Positions 1-9,551 of a stretch of 32,706 bases of DNA are shown piece by piece (within the stretch, counting starts at the first letter, position 1; each line of letters starts with the position of its first letter). This DNA comes from Chloroflexota bacterium. GTDB lineage: Bacteria; Chloroflexota; Limnocylindria; Limnocylindrales; CSP1-4. The position numbers were made by a program, and so were the translations under genes. The DNA lies in NCBI GenBank assembly GCA_031395155.1, contig JANNUK010000199.1, positions 1 through 32,706 on the forward strand, given 5' to 3'. Under the pieces are notes generated by a model, which was given only the letters and a program-made list of their open reading frames with translations, did no database searches and was not told the origin of the DNA.

Positions 1-653
1 CGGTAGTCGAACTGGACATCGACGGCGATCCCGATCCCGGGGCCGACCGCATCGCGCAACGTCCCGATCCAGGCCACCGCCTCGTCCAGCGTCCGCCGGT
101 CGATGGCGCCGTCGCGGTAGGTCGGGAGGGTGGGTGGTCCGCCGTCCACGCCTTCCTGGATGAGATTCGTCTTCAGGACCTTGAATCCTTGATCGACGAC
201 CTGCCGGGCACCGGCCGCCCAGGCCGCGTAGGTGAACGTGGGCTCGTGGCCCACGATGGCCGGCCAGATGGCCCGATACGTGGCGAAGTGCGACCAGTAG
301 AGCGGGATCCGATCGCGGTAGAGGCCGCCCAGCAGCTGGTACACCGGTACGCCCAGCCACTTCGCCTTGATGTCCCACAGTGCGAGATCGAGCGCCGCCA
401 GGACCTTCATGCGTTCCGGGACACCGGGCCGGCCGCCGTACCAGATCCGCTCGTTGAGGAGCTCGATCTTCCGCGGGTCGTGGCCGATGAGGGTCCGTCC
501 CATCACCTTGAGCGCCGCCGCGAGCGCCGCCGAAGTGTGCCAGTCATAGGTCTCCGCCCAGCCAGTAATGCCCTCGTCCGTGGAGACCTTGACGAACCCG
601 AATTCGCGCAGGCCGCCATCGCACACGAAGGGTTCGATCGCGGTGATCTTCAT
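1..653 (-). CDS. Mandelate racemase/muconate lactonizing (enolase superfamily) enzyme, galactonate dehydratase-like acid-sugar dehydratase; 3' end runs off the window
   Basis: Not in the ORF track; translated by hand from ATG at 653 (RBS GGAGG upstream): MKITAIEPFVCDGGLREFGFVKVSTDEGITGWAE...AALDLALWDIKAKWLGVPVYQLLGG...RIPLYWSH...GFKVLKTN...LRDAVGPGIGIAVD. This is the classic MR/MLE N-terminal capping-domain signature plus a KxN motif. Confidence 0.9.
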   Translation of the reverse strand, partial: MKITAIEPFVCDGGLREFGFVKVSTDEGITGWAETYDWHTSAALAAALKVMGRTLIGHDPRKIELLNERIWYGGRPGVPERMKVLAALDLALWDIKAKWLGVPVYQLLGGLYRDRIPLYWSHFATYRAIWPAIVGHEPTFTYAAWAAGARQVVDQGFKVLKTNLIQEGVDGGPPTLPTYRDGAIDRRTLDEAVAWIGTLRDAVGPGIGIAVDVQFDY

Positions 654-663
654 GCGCCCTCCG

Positions 664-695
664 TTGACACGCCCTCGAGTTGTCTACAATATACG
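664..695. promoter_or_regulatory. Divergent promoter region with TTGACA (-35-like), TACAAT (-10-like) and candidate GntR operator TTGTCTACAA
   Basis: TTGACA at 664-669 and TACAAT at 685-690 (15-bp spacing). Near-palindrome TTGTCTACAA at 680-689 followed by TATACG, nearly identical to the site at 30078. Confidence 0.5.
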
Positions 696-882
696 GAAAG
701 CGTCGCTCGACCAATGTCGCCGGCGCAGTTCACTCCTCAGGCCGGCCGGGCGTCCGACGATACCCGGTGATGTGCGGGACAGCCGGCTCCTCCGCTGTCC
801 CGCACATTCACGGCCTCGCACCAAACGACAAGCGACATCGTCACGAAGCGTCATCTCGCCCACCATTGGGAGGCACAATCCG

Positions 883-1911
883 GTGAGTGTCGGCATCGGC
901 CTGCTGGGGTCCGGGTTCATGGCCCACACCTATGCCGAGTGTCTGGCCAGGTACATCCCCAACGCTCACCTGGTGGCGGTGGCGCTCGGCTCGCGGGCGC
1001 CGGGACTGGCCCAGGAATACGGGGTGGAGCTCGAGCTCTCGGCCGACGCCCTCCTGGCGCGCGACGACGTCCAGGCCGTCATCGTCGCCACACCCCATTC
1101 GACCCACCTTCCGCTGACACTCGCGGCCGCCATCGCCGCGCGACACGTCTACCTCGAGAAGCCCATGGCAGTCACACTGGCGGATTGCGACCGCATGGTG
1201 GAGGCCTGTCGATCGGCGGGCATCCTCCTGGCCGTCAACCACGTCACGCGGTATCGACGCTCGCCCGGAACCGCCAAGCGGCTGCTCGACGAAGGCGCGA
1301 TCGGCGAGCTCCGGATGGTCCGCGTCCTGAGCTCGGTGGTCGGCTACCTCCCGGACGACCATGGCTGGGCCAAGAACCCCGAGGAGGGCGGCGCGTGGCT
1401 GGACATGGGCGTCCACATGTTCGACGCTCTGCGCTGGTTCACCCACTCCGAGGTGGAACTGATCTTTGCCCGGATCCGCGACTTCGGCGGGCTGGAACAT
1501 CAGCGCCGGACCGGTATGGCAGAGATCGAGATGCGCAATGGGGTGATCGCCCAGTTCCTGGTCAGCATGGAGCTCCCGGCGCCGGGGCTCGGCTCGCAGA
1601 GCCAATGGACCTTCATCGGCAGCGACGGGATCATCGAGTCGGACTCCTACGGCAAGGTGCGCCTGGGGCGAGGGGACACCTGGGAAGAGGTCTACGAAAT
1701 GCCCTCGTTCGCGCTCAACGCCGACGTCTACAGCCCCGTGCGACTCGAGGCGTTCGCCGCCCAGGTCGAGGCGTTCGCGGATGCCGTCGGGGCCGGCGGC
1801 GCAACCGGCATGGCCGGTGAAGACGGGCGGGCTGCAGTGGAGGTCGTGGAGGCAGCGGCACGTTCATCCGCGACGGATACGGCCGTGCGGCTGCCGCTCG
1901 GCGCGGCCTGA
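883..1911 (+). CDS. Gfo/Idh/MocA family NAD(P)-dependent oxidoreductase (sugar/inositol dehydrogenase-like)
   Basis: GLLGSGFMA Rossmann motif, ATPHSTH, HVYLEKPMA, GGAWLDMGVHMFD. Start re-assigned to GTG 883 behind a GGGAGG RBS; the ORF-track start at 568 overlaps the divergent gene. Confidence 0.92.
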   Translation: MSVGIGLLGSGFMAHTYAECLARYIPNAHLVAVALGSRAPGLAQEYGVELELSADALLARDDVQAVIVATPHSTHLPLTLAAAIAARHVYLEKPMAVTLADCDRMVEACRSAGILLAVNHVTRYRRSPGTAKRLLDEGAIGELRMVRVLSSVVGYLPDDHGWAKNPEEGGAWLDMGVHMFDALRWFTHSEVELIFARIRDFGGLEHQRRTGMAEIEMRNGVIAQFLVSMELPAPGLGSQSQWTFIGSDGIIESDSYGKVRLGRGDTWEEVYEMPSFALNADVYSPVRLEAFAAQVEAFADAVGAGGATGMAGEDGRAAVEVVEAAARSSATDTAVRLPLGAA

Positions 1912-1940
1912 CGCCCGGCCACGGCCGAAGGTCCAGCACG

Positions 1941-3077
1941 ATGCGAATCGTTGCGCGCGCGACCGTCAACGCGGCCGACCCGGGCACGTCCCGGTCGGCG
2001 GCAACCTTCCCCACGATCACGGTCCTCGCCGACGGAACCCTCCTGGCCAGCTACAGCATCGGCTCGACCAAGGACAGCGACGACGTGACGATCGAGCTCC
2101 GTGCATCGCGCGACGGCGGGTCCACGTGGGGACCGGCTCGATCACCGTTCGAATCCACCGTGCACGGCCGGCGCGGATCGCTCAAGTACGCGCCCATCAC
2201 GCGGCTCGACGGCGATCACTTGATCATCGTGACCTTGTGGATCGATCGCGAGGCCTTCCCCGGCCAGCCGCTCTTCAACGGCGCGACTGAGGGCTGTCTG
2301 CCGATGGCCATCCTCCTCGCCGACTCGTTCGACGCGGGCGCGACATGGACGCCGTGGCGAGTCGTCCCGATGCCGGCCGATGTCGGACCGCCCAGCCTGA
2401 CCAACGCGATCGTCCGTTTCCCGAGCGGGCGGCTGCTGTTGAGCGTGGAGACGAACAAGACCTACCTCGACGACTCGCCGTGGTTCCAGCGGGTGGTGCA
2501 TGCCGGGTCCGACGACGGCGGGGCCACGTGGTCGACGCCGGTCACCGTCGTGTCGGATCCGAGCGGGCGGATCGCAAACTGGGACCAGCGCGGGGCGGTG
2601 GCCCAGGATGGGCGGCTCGTGAGCTTCGCCTGGGTCTACGATTTCGAGGCGGTCGCCTACCGCAACATCCTGCGACGAATCAGCACGGACGAGGGTCGCA
2701 CATTCGGCGAGGCCGTCGATCTCGGCTTCACCGACCAGCCCGGCCATCCGGCGCTCCTCGCGGACGGGCGCGTCGTCCTGGCGTGGGTGGATCGCTTCGG
2801 AACGCGCTCCATCCGCGCCCGTCGGGCGGCCGCGATCGACGCGCCGTTCGCGCCCGAGAGTGAGGTCGTGCTCTACAAGGCGCCGCCGTTGGCCGCGCAG
2901 GCCGGCGTCTCGAGTGACACGACGGGCGATGCCCTGGTCGACATGCAGGCGTGGTCCTATGGTCTGGCCTACGCCGAGGCCCTGCCCGGTGGCGACGTGG
3001 GCGTGGTCCACTACGCGCTGGGGCCGGAGGGCGGTCTCGATATCCGATGGGTGCGCCTGGGGGTCGATGACGAATGA
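1941..3077 (+). CDS. BNR/Asp-box beta-propeller protein (sialidase-like, non-canonical), cytoplasmic
   Basis: Four Asp-boxes: SRDGGSTW, SFDAGATW, SDDGGATW, STDEGRTF. No signal peptide and no RIP motif. Confidence 0.8.
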   Translation: MRIVARATVNAADPGTSRSAATFPTITVLADGTLLASYSIGSTKDSDDVTIELRASRDGGSTWGPARSPFESTVHGRRGSLKYAPITRLDGDHLIIVTLWIDREAFPGQPLFNGATEGCLPMAILLADSFDAGATWTPWRVVPMPADVGPPSLTNAIVRFPSGRLLLSVETNKTYLDDSPWFQRVVHAGSDDGGATWSTPVTVVSDPSGRIANWDQRGAVAQDGRLVSFAWVYDFEAVAYRNILRRISTDEGRTFGEAVDLGFTDQPGHPALLADGRVVLAWVDRFGTRSIRARRAAAIDAPFAPESEVVLYKAPPLAAQAGVSSDTTGDALVDMQAWSYGLAYAEALPGGDVGVVHYALGPEGGLDIRWVRLGVDDE

Positions 3078-3090
3078 AGGAGCGGCCTGG

Positions 3091-4146
3091 ATGACAACCG
3101 AATCGGACCCCCTGGCCAACGCGACCCTGGCCGAGATGGAGACGTTCGCCGCCGCGCTCCTGCCTAGCTACGCCCTTGACTACTACGCCTCGGGCGCTCG
3201 CGACGAACAGACCTTCCGGGGCAACCTGGCTGCCTGGGCCCGCTGGTGGCTCGTCCCACGCATGCTCAAGGACGTGTCGACGGTCTCGCTCGCCACGACG
3301 GTCCTCGGCCAGCCTCTTGCGCTCCCGATCATCGTCGCGCCGATGGCGTCGCAACGGCTGGCGCATCCAGACGGGGAGCTGGCCACGGCCCGCGCCGCAG
3401 CCCGAGCCGGCACGATCATGGTCGTGTCCACCAGCACGATGGTGCCCATCGAGGAGATCGGGGCCGTACCCGATGTCGCCTTCTGGTTCCAGCTCTATCC
3501 GTTCCCCGACTTCGAGGCGACCGTCGCGATGATCGACCGCGCCGTCGCGGCCGGAGCGAAGGCGATCTGCCTGACGGTGGACGTGGCCAGCCACATCGAT
3601 CCCAAGCGTCGGCCGCGAGGCGGTCTGGTCACCCCCGCCTGGGTGACGTACCCCATGCATCCACCGAACGCGGACGACACCCTGGCCGCGCTCGACTGGC
3701 CGTACCTCGAACGCCTTCGTGGCCGCGTCACGGTGCCGATCGTGCTCAAGGGCATCCTCCATCCAGAGGATGCTCGGGCCGCCGCGGACGTCGGCATCCC
3801 GGCCCTGATCGTCAGCAACCACGGTGGCCGGACGCTCGACGGAGCCATCACCACCGCGGAGATCCTGCCCGAGATCGCGGACGCCGTCGGCGACCGGGTG
3901 GAAGTCCTCGTTGATGGCGGGATCCGACGTGGCGTCGACGTCATCCGGGCACTGGCCCTCGGCGCTCGTGCGGTGCTCATCGGCCGGCCGTTCCTGTGGG
4001 GCCTCGCCATCGCCGGTGAGGCCGGCGAGCGTCGGGTCTTCGCGACGCTCCGCGACGAGCTCGAACAGGACGCGCGACACTCCGGCCTCGCCGACCTCAC
4101 CCAGGTGCCCCGCGACCTTGTTCGGATCAGCCGCCTGGGTCTCTGA
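3091..4146 (+). CDS. FMN-dependent alpha-hydroxy acid oxidase/dehydrogenase (glycolate/L-lactate oxidase family)
   Basis: DYYASGA, WFQLY, LTVD, VLKGI, VSNHGGR and VDGGIRRGVD motifs. ATG 3091 behind a GAAGGAG RBS. Confidence 0.93.
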   Translation: MTTESDPLANATLAEMETFAAALLPSYALDYYASGARDEQTFRGNLAAWARWWLVPRMLKDVSTVSLATTVLGQPLALPIIVAPMASQRLAHPDGELATARAAARAGTIMVVSTSTMVPIEEIGAVPDVAFWFQLYPFPDFEATVAMIDRAVAAGAKAICLTVDVASHIDPKRRPRGGLVTPAWVTYPMHPPNADDTLAALDWPYLERLRGRVTVPIVLKGILHPEDARAAADVGIPALIVSNHGGRTLDGAITTAEILPEIADAVGDRVEVLVDGGIRRGVDVIRALALGARAVLIGRPFLWGLAIAGEAGERRVFATLRDELEQDARHSGLADLTQVPRDLVRISRLGL

Positions 4147-4166
4147 GGCGCCCCCGCGCGACCACA

Positions 4167-5771
4167 TCAGGCGAGGAGCACGCTGCCCGGTCGGGCGGTA
4201 TCGAGTTGTCGGCCGTTCGTGAGGACCGGGCGCCCGGCCACGATGACGTGGCGGATCCCGATGGGGCTGCGGGTGGGCGCCTGGAACGTCGCGCCATCGA
4301 TGATCGTGGCCGGATCGAATGCGACCAGGTCCGCGACGGCGCCCGCGATGATCCGCCCGCGACCGACGAGGCCGGCCCGGTCGGCCGGCCGCGAGGTCGA
4401 CATCTCGATCGCCCGTTCGAGCGACAGCAGCCCTGCGTCGCGAACGTAGCGGCCGAGAAAACGTGGGTAGCAACCGAAGGAGCGCGGGTGCGGCCGGCCG
4501 GCGGCCGACGGTCCGTCAGGGTCCATCGCGAGACCGTCGGAGCCGATCGCCGTCAGGTCGTGGGTCAATACGGCGCGCAGATCGTCCTCGGACCGTCCGT
4601 ACGCCACCATCTGGATGCGATTGTCGCTTCTGGCGACGAGCTCCAGCGCTGTCTCGTTCGGGTCCATCGACCAGGTGTCGGCGACCGCCTGGACCGTGCG
4701 GCCGAGCGTCTCCTCGAGCCCCGGCTCCGCGGATGAGACCTCGATCTCCTCCCAGCCGAAGAACAGGCTGTCGCGCCAGTCCGCCCGGATCGCCTGCCGT
4801 TCCTCGGCGCTGGCCAGGCGCGCCACGATGGCGGCCGGTCCGCCCGCCTGCGCCCAGGCCGGCAAGAGCTGCGACAGGTTCGCGCTACCCGCGACATATG
4901 GGTAGATGTCGACCCCGACATCGACCCCCTCGGCGCGTGCCGCTTCGATCAGCTCGAGGGCTCGCGGCAGCGCACCCCAGTTGCGCCGCCCGGCGACCGC
5001 CAGGTGCGAGATCTGCAGGCGGCAGCCGCTCAGCCGGGCGATCGCGAGCGCCTCGGTCACGGCCTCGAGCAGGTGGTCGCTGTAATTGCGCATATGGATT
5101 GCAAACAGCCGATCGTGGCGGGCCACAGCCCGACCGATTGCCACCAGCTCGTCGCGGTCCGCCGACATCGCGGGCGGGTACATCAGCCCCGTCGAGACGC
5201 CGATCGCGCCGTCATCGAGGCAGGTGCCGATGGCGGCAACCATGGCTGCTCGCTCGGTGTGGTCGAGAGGACGGGCCGCCTCGCCGGCGACCGAGATCCG
5301 CAACGGCAGGTGGCCAACGAGCGGCGCCGTGTTGAGCGCGAGACCGGCGCCATCGAGGGCCGTCGCATAGCCGGCGAGGTCCGTCCAGTTCCAGCGCACG
5401 GCGGGGTCCGGGTCGATCGTGGCGTTGGCCGCCCGCGTGAGATCGGCCATCGACGGAGGGAGTGGCACGCCGCCCATCCCGCAATTCCCGTTGATCTCGG
5501 TGGTCACACCCTGTGCGATCTTGCTGCGCGCCCGGCCGTCGCTCAGCAGCGTGACGTCCGAGTGGCTGTGCAGATCCACCCACCCGGGCGCCACGATCAG
5601 GCCGTCCGCATCGAGGCGTTCGACGTCACCCGCCACGTCTGCCAGGTCGCCGATCGCCAAGATCCGTCCGTCGGCGACGCCCACGTCCGCGCGACGACGC
5701 GGCGCCCCCGTCCCGTCGATCACCGTGCCGCCGGCCACCACGAGGTCGAGGGCCGAGGCGCCCGTCAGCAC
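4167..5771 (-). CDS. N-acyl-D-amino-acid deacylase (D-aminoacylase) family amidohydrolase
   Basis: DLVVAGGTVIDGTG, PGWVDLHSHSD, GNCG (Cys ligand), STGLMYPP, HMR, ISHL, DIYPY.AGS, GSDG, HPRSFGCYPRFLG. Start likely GTG 5771, overlapping the upstream stop. Confidence 0.92.
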   Translation of the reverse strand: MLTGASALDLVVAGGTVIDGTGAPRRRADVGVADGRILAIGDLADVAGDVERLDADGLIVAPGWVDLHSHSDVTLLSDGRARSKIAQGVTTEINGNCGMGGVPLPPSMADLTRAANATIDPDPAVRWNWTDLAGYATALDGAGLALNTAPLVGHLPLRISVAGEAARPLDHTERAAMVAAIGTCLDDGAIGVSTGLMYPPAMSADRDELVAIGRAVARHDRLFAIHMRNYSDHLLEAVTEALAIARLSGCRLQISHLAVAGRRNWGALPRALELIEAARAEGVDVGVDIYPYVAGSANLSQLLPAWAQAGGPAAIVARLASAEERQAIRADWRDSLFFGWEEIEVSSAEPGLEETLGRTVQAVADTWSMDPNETALELVARSDNRIQMVAYGRSEDDLRAVLTHDLTAIGSDGLAMDPDGPSAAGRPHPRSFGCYPRFLGRYVRDAGLLSLERAIEMSTSRPADRAGLVGRGRIIAGAVADLVAFDPATIIDGATFQAPTRSPIGIRHVIVAGRPVLTNGRQLDTARPGSVLLA

Positions 5772-7288
5772 CCGAACAGGTCCGTCGCGTTCCCCCAGAA
5801 GATCCGATCGAGCGCGCCTGGCGGCAATCGGGCGTCCTGGTATGTCCCGAGCACGAATGCGGGTTCGAGGAGCGGGGCGTCGCTTCCCCACAGCAGCCGA
5901 TCAGGGCCGGCGATCTCGACCGCCGCTCGAACCGTCGGCAGGTGGGCGAAGCTGCTCGACAGTTCCAGGTGGATGTTGTCGGTCGAGGCGGCGAGACGAG
6001 CGCCTTCAAGGCTCGGCGTCCCGAGACCTGCGTGCGCGATCACAATCGGCAGCCTCGGATGGCGTCGCGCGATCGCCCCGAGCGCCTCGTGCCAGCCCTC
6101 CCCCGCGTTATGGATCTTGACCGGGCGCCCGAAGCTCGCGATGAGGTCGAACAGGTCTGCCATCGACCGGGACGCCGTCGGGGTGCCGCTCCATTCGCAG
6201 TGGACCTTCACGCCGACCACCCCCGGCGCGTCGAGGTGCCGGCGGAGTTGCTCCCGACTCGACTCGAGGTCCGTGGGATCGGCCACGACGTAGGCGTACA
6301 GCCCGTCGGCATGGCCACTCGCGGCGGCCCGAGCCGCCTGGGCGTTGCCCCGAACCTGGTCGCCGAAGATCGCGAGCGCCGCCGAAGCGACGGCCGACGT
6401 TGCCGGCGGGACCCGGAGTTCACCGAGCAGGCTCGCGTCGTCGACGGGCGGGACATCGTGATCGAACGGCCCAAAATGCGCGTGCACGTCGAACGCCCGA
6501 TCCGGCGCCGGCGTGGGTGTGAGGTCCACCGGTCCATCGGGCAGGTCGAACAGGCGGACCGCGTTGCCGGCGAGGATCGCCCGCCTGGCGTCATCCGGGA
6601 TGGCCGCCGCGAGGACCGCACCGATCGGCGAGGCGGCTGCCCGGCCCGGACTGCCGCTCCCGAACAACACCCGCTCGGCCCCGATCGTCCGCACCGCTGT
6701 CTCGACCGCGCGGAAATGCGCCAGGGCGCTCGTTTCAAGGTGGAGCTGCGGGTAGCGAATGGCGGCCGCGAGGTCGTCCACGATGTGCGTGTAATGCGCG
6801 CCGAGAAGCACCACCGGGATGCCCATGCCGGCCGTGGACTTGCCGATCTGGCTCGCCCCTCCGAGGCGCCCGATCGGGATGAGCAGGGGTCGACCGGTCC
6901 GGGCGACAGCGTCGAGAACCTGGCGGACCGACTCCGAGCGTGGGGTGGAACCATCCCAGCCATCGAGCCGGTAGCCTACAACGCCGGCGCGCTCGGCCGC
7001 ATCGACGGATCGGTCGGCGTCGGCGGTGCGCCGCGGGCCGATCAACGCGATCGCGCGCAGGCCGTTGGAGGGCTCCGCCGCCGCCTCGCTGGCCAGGCGA
7101 TTCCCGGTCGCCCGATCGGCCCACATCGCCACCAGCGAAGTCGTCAGCGAGAGCCGGATGCCATGGGCAAGGCGCTCGGCAATCAACGTGGCCAGCGGAG
7201 CACTCGCGGTCCCTGCCGTCCCGTGGTCGGGGCCGAAGACGGTATGGACGTCGATGTACCCGCGAGTGGCGATCGGTTGATCCGCCAC
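5765..7288 (-). CDS. Tandem two-domain amidohydrolase_2 family protein (N-terminal barrel degenerate)
   Basis: Two internally similar halves. N: IDVHTV...LGAHYTH...LHLETS...VLFGSGSP...ILAGNAVRLF. C: FDVHAHFG...GVKVH...VKIHN...IAHAG...IHLELSS...LLWGSDAP...IFWGNATDLF. Confidence 0.85.
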   Translation of the reverse strand: MADQPIATRGYIDVHTVFGPDHGTAGTASAPLATLIAERLAHGIRLSLTTSLVAMWADRATGNRLASEAAAEPSNGLRAIALIGPRRTADADRSVDAAERAGVVGYRLDGWDGSTPRSESVRQVLDAVARTGRPLLIPIGRLGGASQIGKSTAGMGIPVVLLGAHYTHIVDDLAAAIRYPQLHLETSALAHFRAVETAVRTIGAERVLFGSGSPGRAAASPIGAVLAAAIPDDARRAILAGNAVRLFDLPDGPVDLTPTPAPDRAFDVHAHFGPFDHDVPPVDDASLLGELRVPPATSAVASAALAIFGDQVRGNAQAARAAASGHADGLYAYVVADPTDLESSREQLRRHLDAPGVVGVKVHCEWSGTPTASRSMADLFDLIASFGRPVKIHNAGEGWHEALGAIARRHPRLPIVIAHAGLGTPSLEGARLAASTDNIHLELSSSFAHLPTVRAAVEIAGPDRLLWGSDAPLLEPAFVLGTYQDARLPPGALDRIFWGNATDLFGC

Positions 7289-8388
7289 TAGCGGAACCGC
7301 CCGCGGCCGATCACCCGCCAGCGCTCGACGACCCGCTCGCCGTCGATCGCCACGAGTTCGTCGTGCATGTTCGCCGCGCCGCAGGCGTGGTTCGGGATGA
7401 TCCGCACGCGCTCGCCGATCCGCCAGCCGGGATCCGGCGCCCCGGCCGGCAGCTCGATGATGCCGTGCTCCTCGGTCGCCCGGGTGATCGCCAGGTCAAG
7501 TCGGTCCTGGGGTCGGCCCCAGGTTCCCCAGCCGTAGTCCTCACCGGCGAGGGCCTTGATCCCGGCATCGAGTACGTAGCGGTCCGGCCGAGCGTGACTG
7601 ACGACCGTGGCCATGACCGTCAGTGCACATTCTTCGAATGTGGCCGGACCGAGCGACACTTGCTTGAGATCCTGGAACGCGTATACCCCGGCGCGCAGTT
7701 CGGTCACGCCCGGCACGGTCACCGCGTGGCGAGCCGTCGGGGTGCTGCCGACGGTGACCACATCTGCCCGGACGCCCCGCCCGCGCAGGGCCTCGGCGAT
7801 CTCCACGGCGACCACGCCCTCGCGGCGGCCGATCGCCGCCTGCTCCAGAGGATCCGACGTCCCATAGGCATTGCCGTAGTTCATGACGCCGACGATCTCG
7901 AGCCCCGGCAACGCGGCGACCCGCTCGGCCAGGGCGATGGCCGCCTCGGGGTTGGCCGCCCCGGATCGACCCGCGCCACCATCGACACTGACCACGACCT
8001 CGATCCTGTGTCCACGCCGCGCGAGATATGCCGAGGCCGCCTCCGCGGCAGGGAGCGTATCCACCTCGAAACGCAGTCTCGCCCGATCCAGCAGCGCGAC
8101 GAGGCGGGCCAGCTTGGTCTCCCCGACCAGCGGGTAGGCAACGAACAGATCGTCGAAACCTGCGTCGGCCATCGCCTCGGCCTCACCGAGCTTGGCGACG
8201 GTCAGACCGATCGCCCCATGCGCCAGTTGACGCTCGGCCACCTCACGGGTCTTGTGCGTCTTGGCATGGGGACGGTGGGCCACTCCGGCGTCGCGGGCCA
8301 CCGCCGCCATGCTCGCGAGGTTCGACTCCAGCCGGGCGATATCGACGAGCGCAACCGGGGTATCGAGGTCCCCGATCAGCTCGGTCAA
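7288..8388 (-). CDS. PLP-dependent fold-type III enzyme, DSD1 / D-threonine aldolase family (D-serine dehydratase-type HxC metal motif)
   Basis: LDTPVALVD, RPHAKTHK (PLP Lys), GSTPT, ELRAGVYAF, DAGIKAL, EEHG, IIPNHAC. TTGA start/stop overlap with the upstream gene. Confidence 0.9.
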   Translation of the reverse strand: MTELIGDLDTPVALVDIARLESNLASMAAVARDAGVAHRPHAKTHKTREVAERQLAHGAIGLTVAKLGEAEAMADAGFDDLFVAYPLVGETKLARLVALLDRARLRFEVDTLPAAEAASAYLARRGHRIEVVVSVDGGAGRSGAANPEAAIALAERVAALPGLEIVGVMNYGNAYGTSDPLEQAAIGRREGVVAVEIAEALRGRGVRADVVTVGSTPTARHAVTVPGVTELRAGVYAFQDLKQVSLGPATFEECALTVMATVVSHARPDRYVLDAGIKALAGEDYGWGTWGRPQDRLDLAITRATEEHGIIELPAGAPDPGWRIGERVRIIPNHACGAANMHDELVAIDGERVVERWRVIGRGRFR

Positions 8389-9551
8389 CGCGAACGCTCC
8401 AGGTAGTAGGCCGACCCGAGCGCGAATCCGGCCGCGATCCGGCGCAGCTCGCTCACCGCGAGTTCCTCGTGGTCGCTGTGGTTGGTGATCGGATCGGGCC
8501 CGTAGCCCACAGCCGGGATCCCCGCCTCACGCACGAAATGGACGGCGTTCGTCGCCACCCGCGCCCGGGTGAGGCGCAGGTCGCCCTCAAACAGGTCGTG
8601 GTGGGCGTCGAGCATGGCGCCCACGATCGGTTCGGCCGGGTCCACCGAGAAGCTCTCCGCGATCGGGACCGCACGCAGGTCGATCGTCGCCCCGGTCCGC
8701 CCACGCACGGCGTCGACCAGCGCCTCAAGCTCCGCGGCAACGGCGACCAGGTCGGACGTGTCGTCATGGCGACGCGTGCCGGCCAGGTCTGCGCGAACGG
8801 ACAACCGGTTCGGGTAGTCGCCCGCGACGAACTTGCCAATGAACAGCGACGGCTTGGGATCCTCGGCCGGATGCGCCGCCAGCCGGTCGCGCAGCTCGGC
8901 AAGTGCGGCATGGAGCTGGCGTCCCACCTCGACGGGGTCGATCGTGTCGGGCCCGGCCACGGTCTCGTGGATCGCCATCCCGGGCCGTTCGACACGGATC
9001 TCCCAGAAGGTCAGGCCGAGCCCGCCCACGGGCAGCTCGATGCCACCCCCCAACTCGCCGGTGACGACGGCATCGCCATGGATCCCGCGAGCGATCAGCG
9101 CATGGAGTGGCTCGTTGCCACCGCTTTCGTGCATCCCGTGCAGCGTCACGAGGATCCGACCACGGCGGGGCAGATCGTGCTCGCACAGCACGCGGATGGC
9201 GGCGACCATCGCCGCATCGGGCCCCTTCATGTCCGCCGCCCCGCGACCGATCAGCCGGTCACCGATGCGCTCCGGCGGGGCATGTTCGACATCGATCGCG
9301 TCGAGGTGGCCGTGCCACTGGATGGTGGGTCCGTCACTGGAACCGAGCTCGGCGATCACGCTCGGACTCTCCGGGAACTCCCGATCCAGCCGGACGCGGG
9401 CACCCGCATCCGCGAACGCGGCAGCGAGCCGCTCGGCCATCTCCGCTTCGTGGCCCGGCGGACTCCAGATACGCAAAAGCTCGAGCGTCAGGTCGGCGAT
9501 CGGCTCCGGATCGATTGCGCGACACGCCGCACGCAGGTTGCCGAGGGTCAA
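8385..9551 (-). CDS. M20/M25/M40 family metallo-amidohydrolase (ArgE/DapE-like deacylase)
   Basis: SPPGHE, GHLDAI, GRGAADMKG, VTGE, GYGP..NHSDHE. The canonical EE is present as HE (LHGMHESGG). Confidence 0.88.
   Translation of the reverse strand: MTLGNLRAACRAIDPEPIADLTLELLRIWSPPGHEAEMAERLAAAFADAGARVRLDREFPESPSVIAELGSSDGPTIQWHGHLDAIDVEHAPPERIGDRLIGRGAADMKGPDAAMVAAIRVLCEHDLPRRGRILVTLHGMHESGGNEPLHALIARGIHGDAVVTGELGGGIELPVGGLGLTFWEIRVERPGMAIHETVAGPDTIDPVEVGRQLHAALAELRDRLAAHPAEDPKPSLFIGKFVAGDYPNRLSVRADLAGTRRHDDTSDLVAVAAELEALVDAVRGRTGATIDLRAVPIAESFSVDPAEPIVGAMLDAHHDLFEGDLRLTRARVATNAVHFVREAGIPAVGYGPDPITNHSDHEELAVSELRRIAAGFALGSAYYLERSR

Noticed and set aside
568-882. Long N-terminal extensions in the ORF track (also 2860, 5891, 11790, 13064, 13776, 15595, 19115, 19623, 21775, 30078)
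   Set aside because: They overlap neighbouring genes or promoters and lack domain content. Downstream starts with an RBS or stop/start overlap fit the family N-termini better.
3580-3625. Apparent displacement of the substrate-binding Arg after TVD in the alpha-hydroxy acid oxidase (TVDVASHIDPKRRPR)
   Set aside because: Arg residues are present two to three positions later and this loop is variable in length. It cannot be called a substitution without an alignment.
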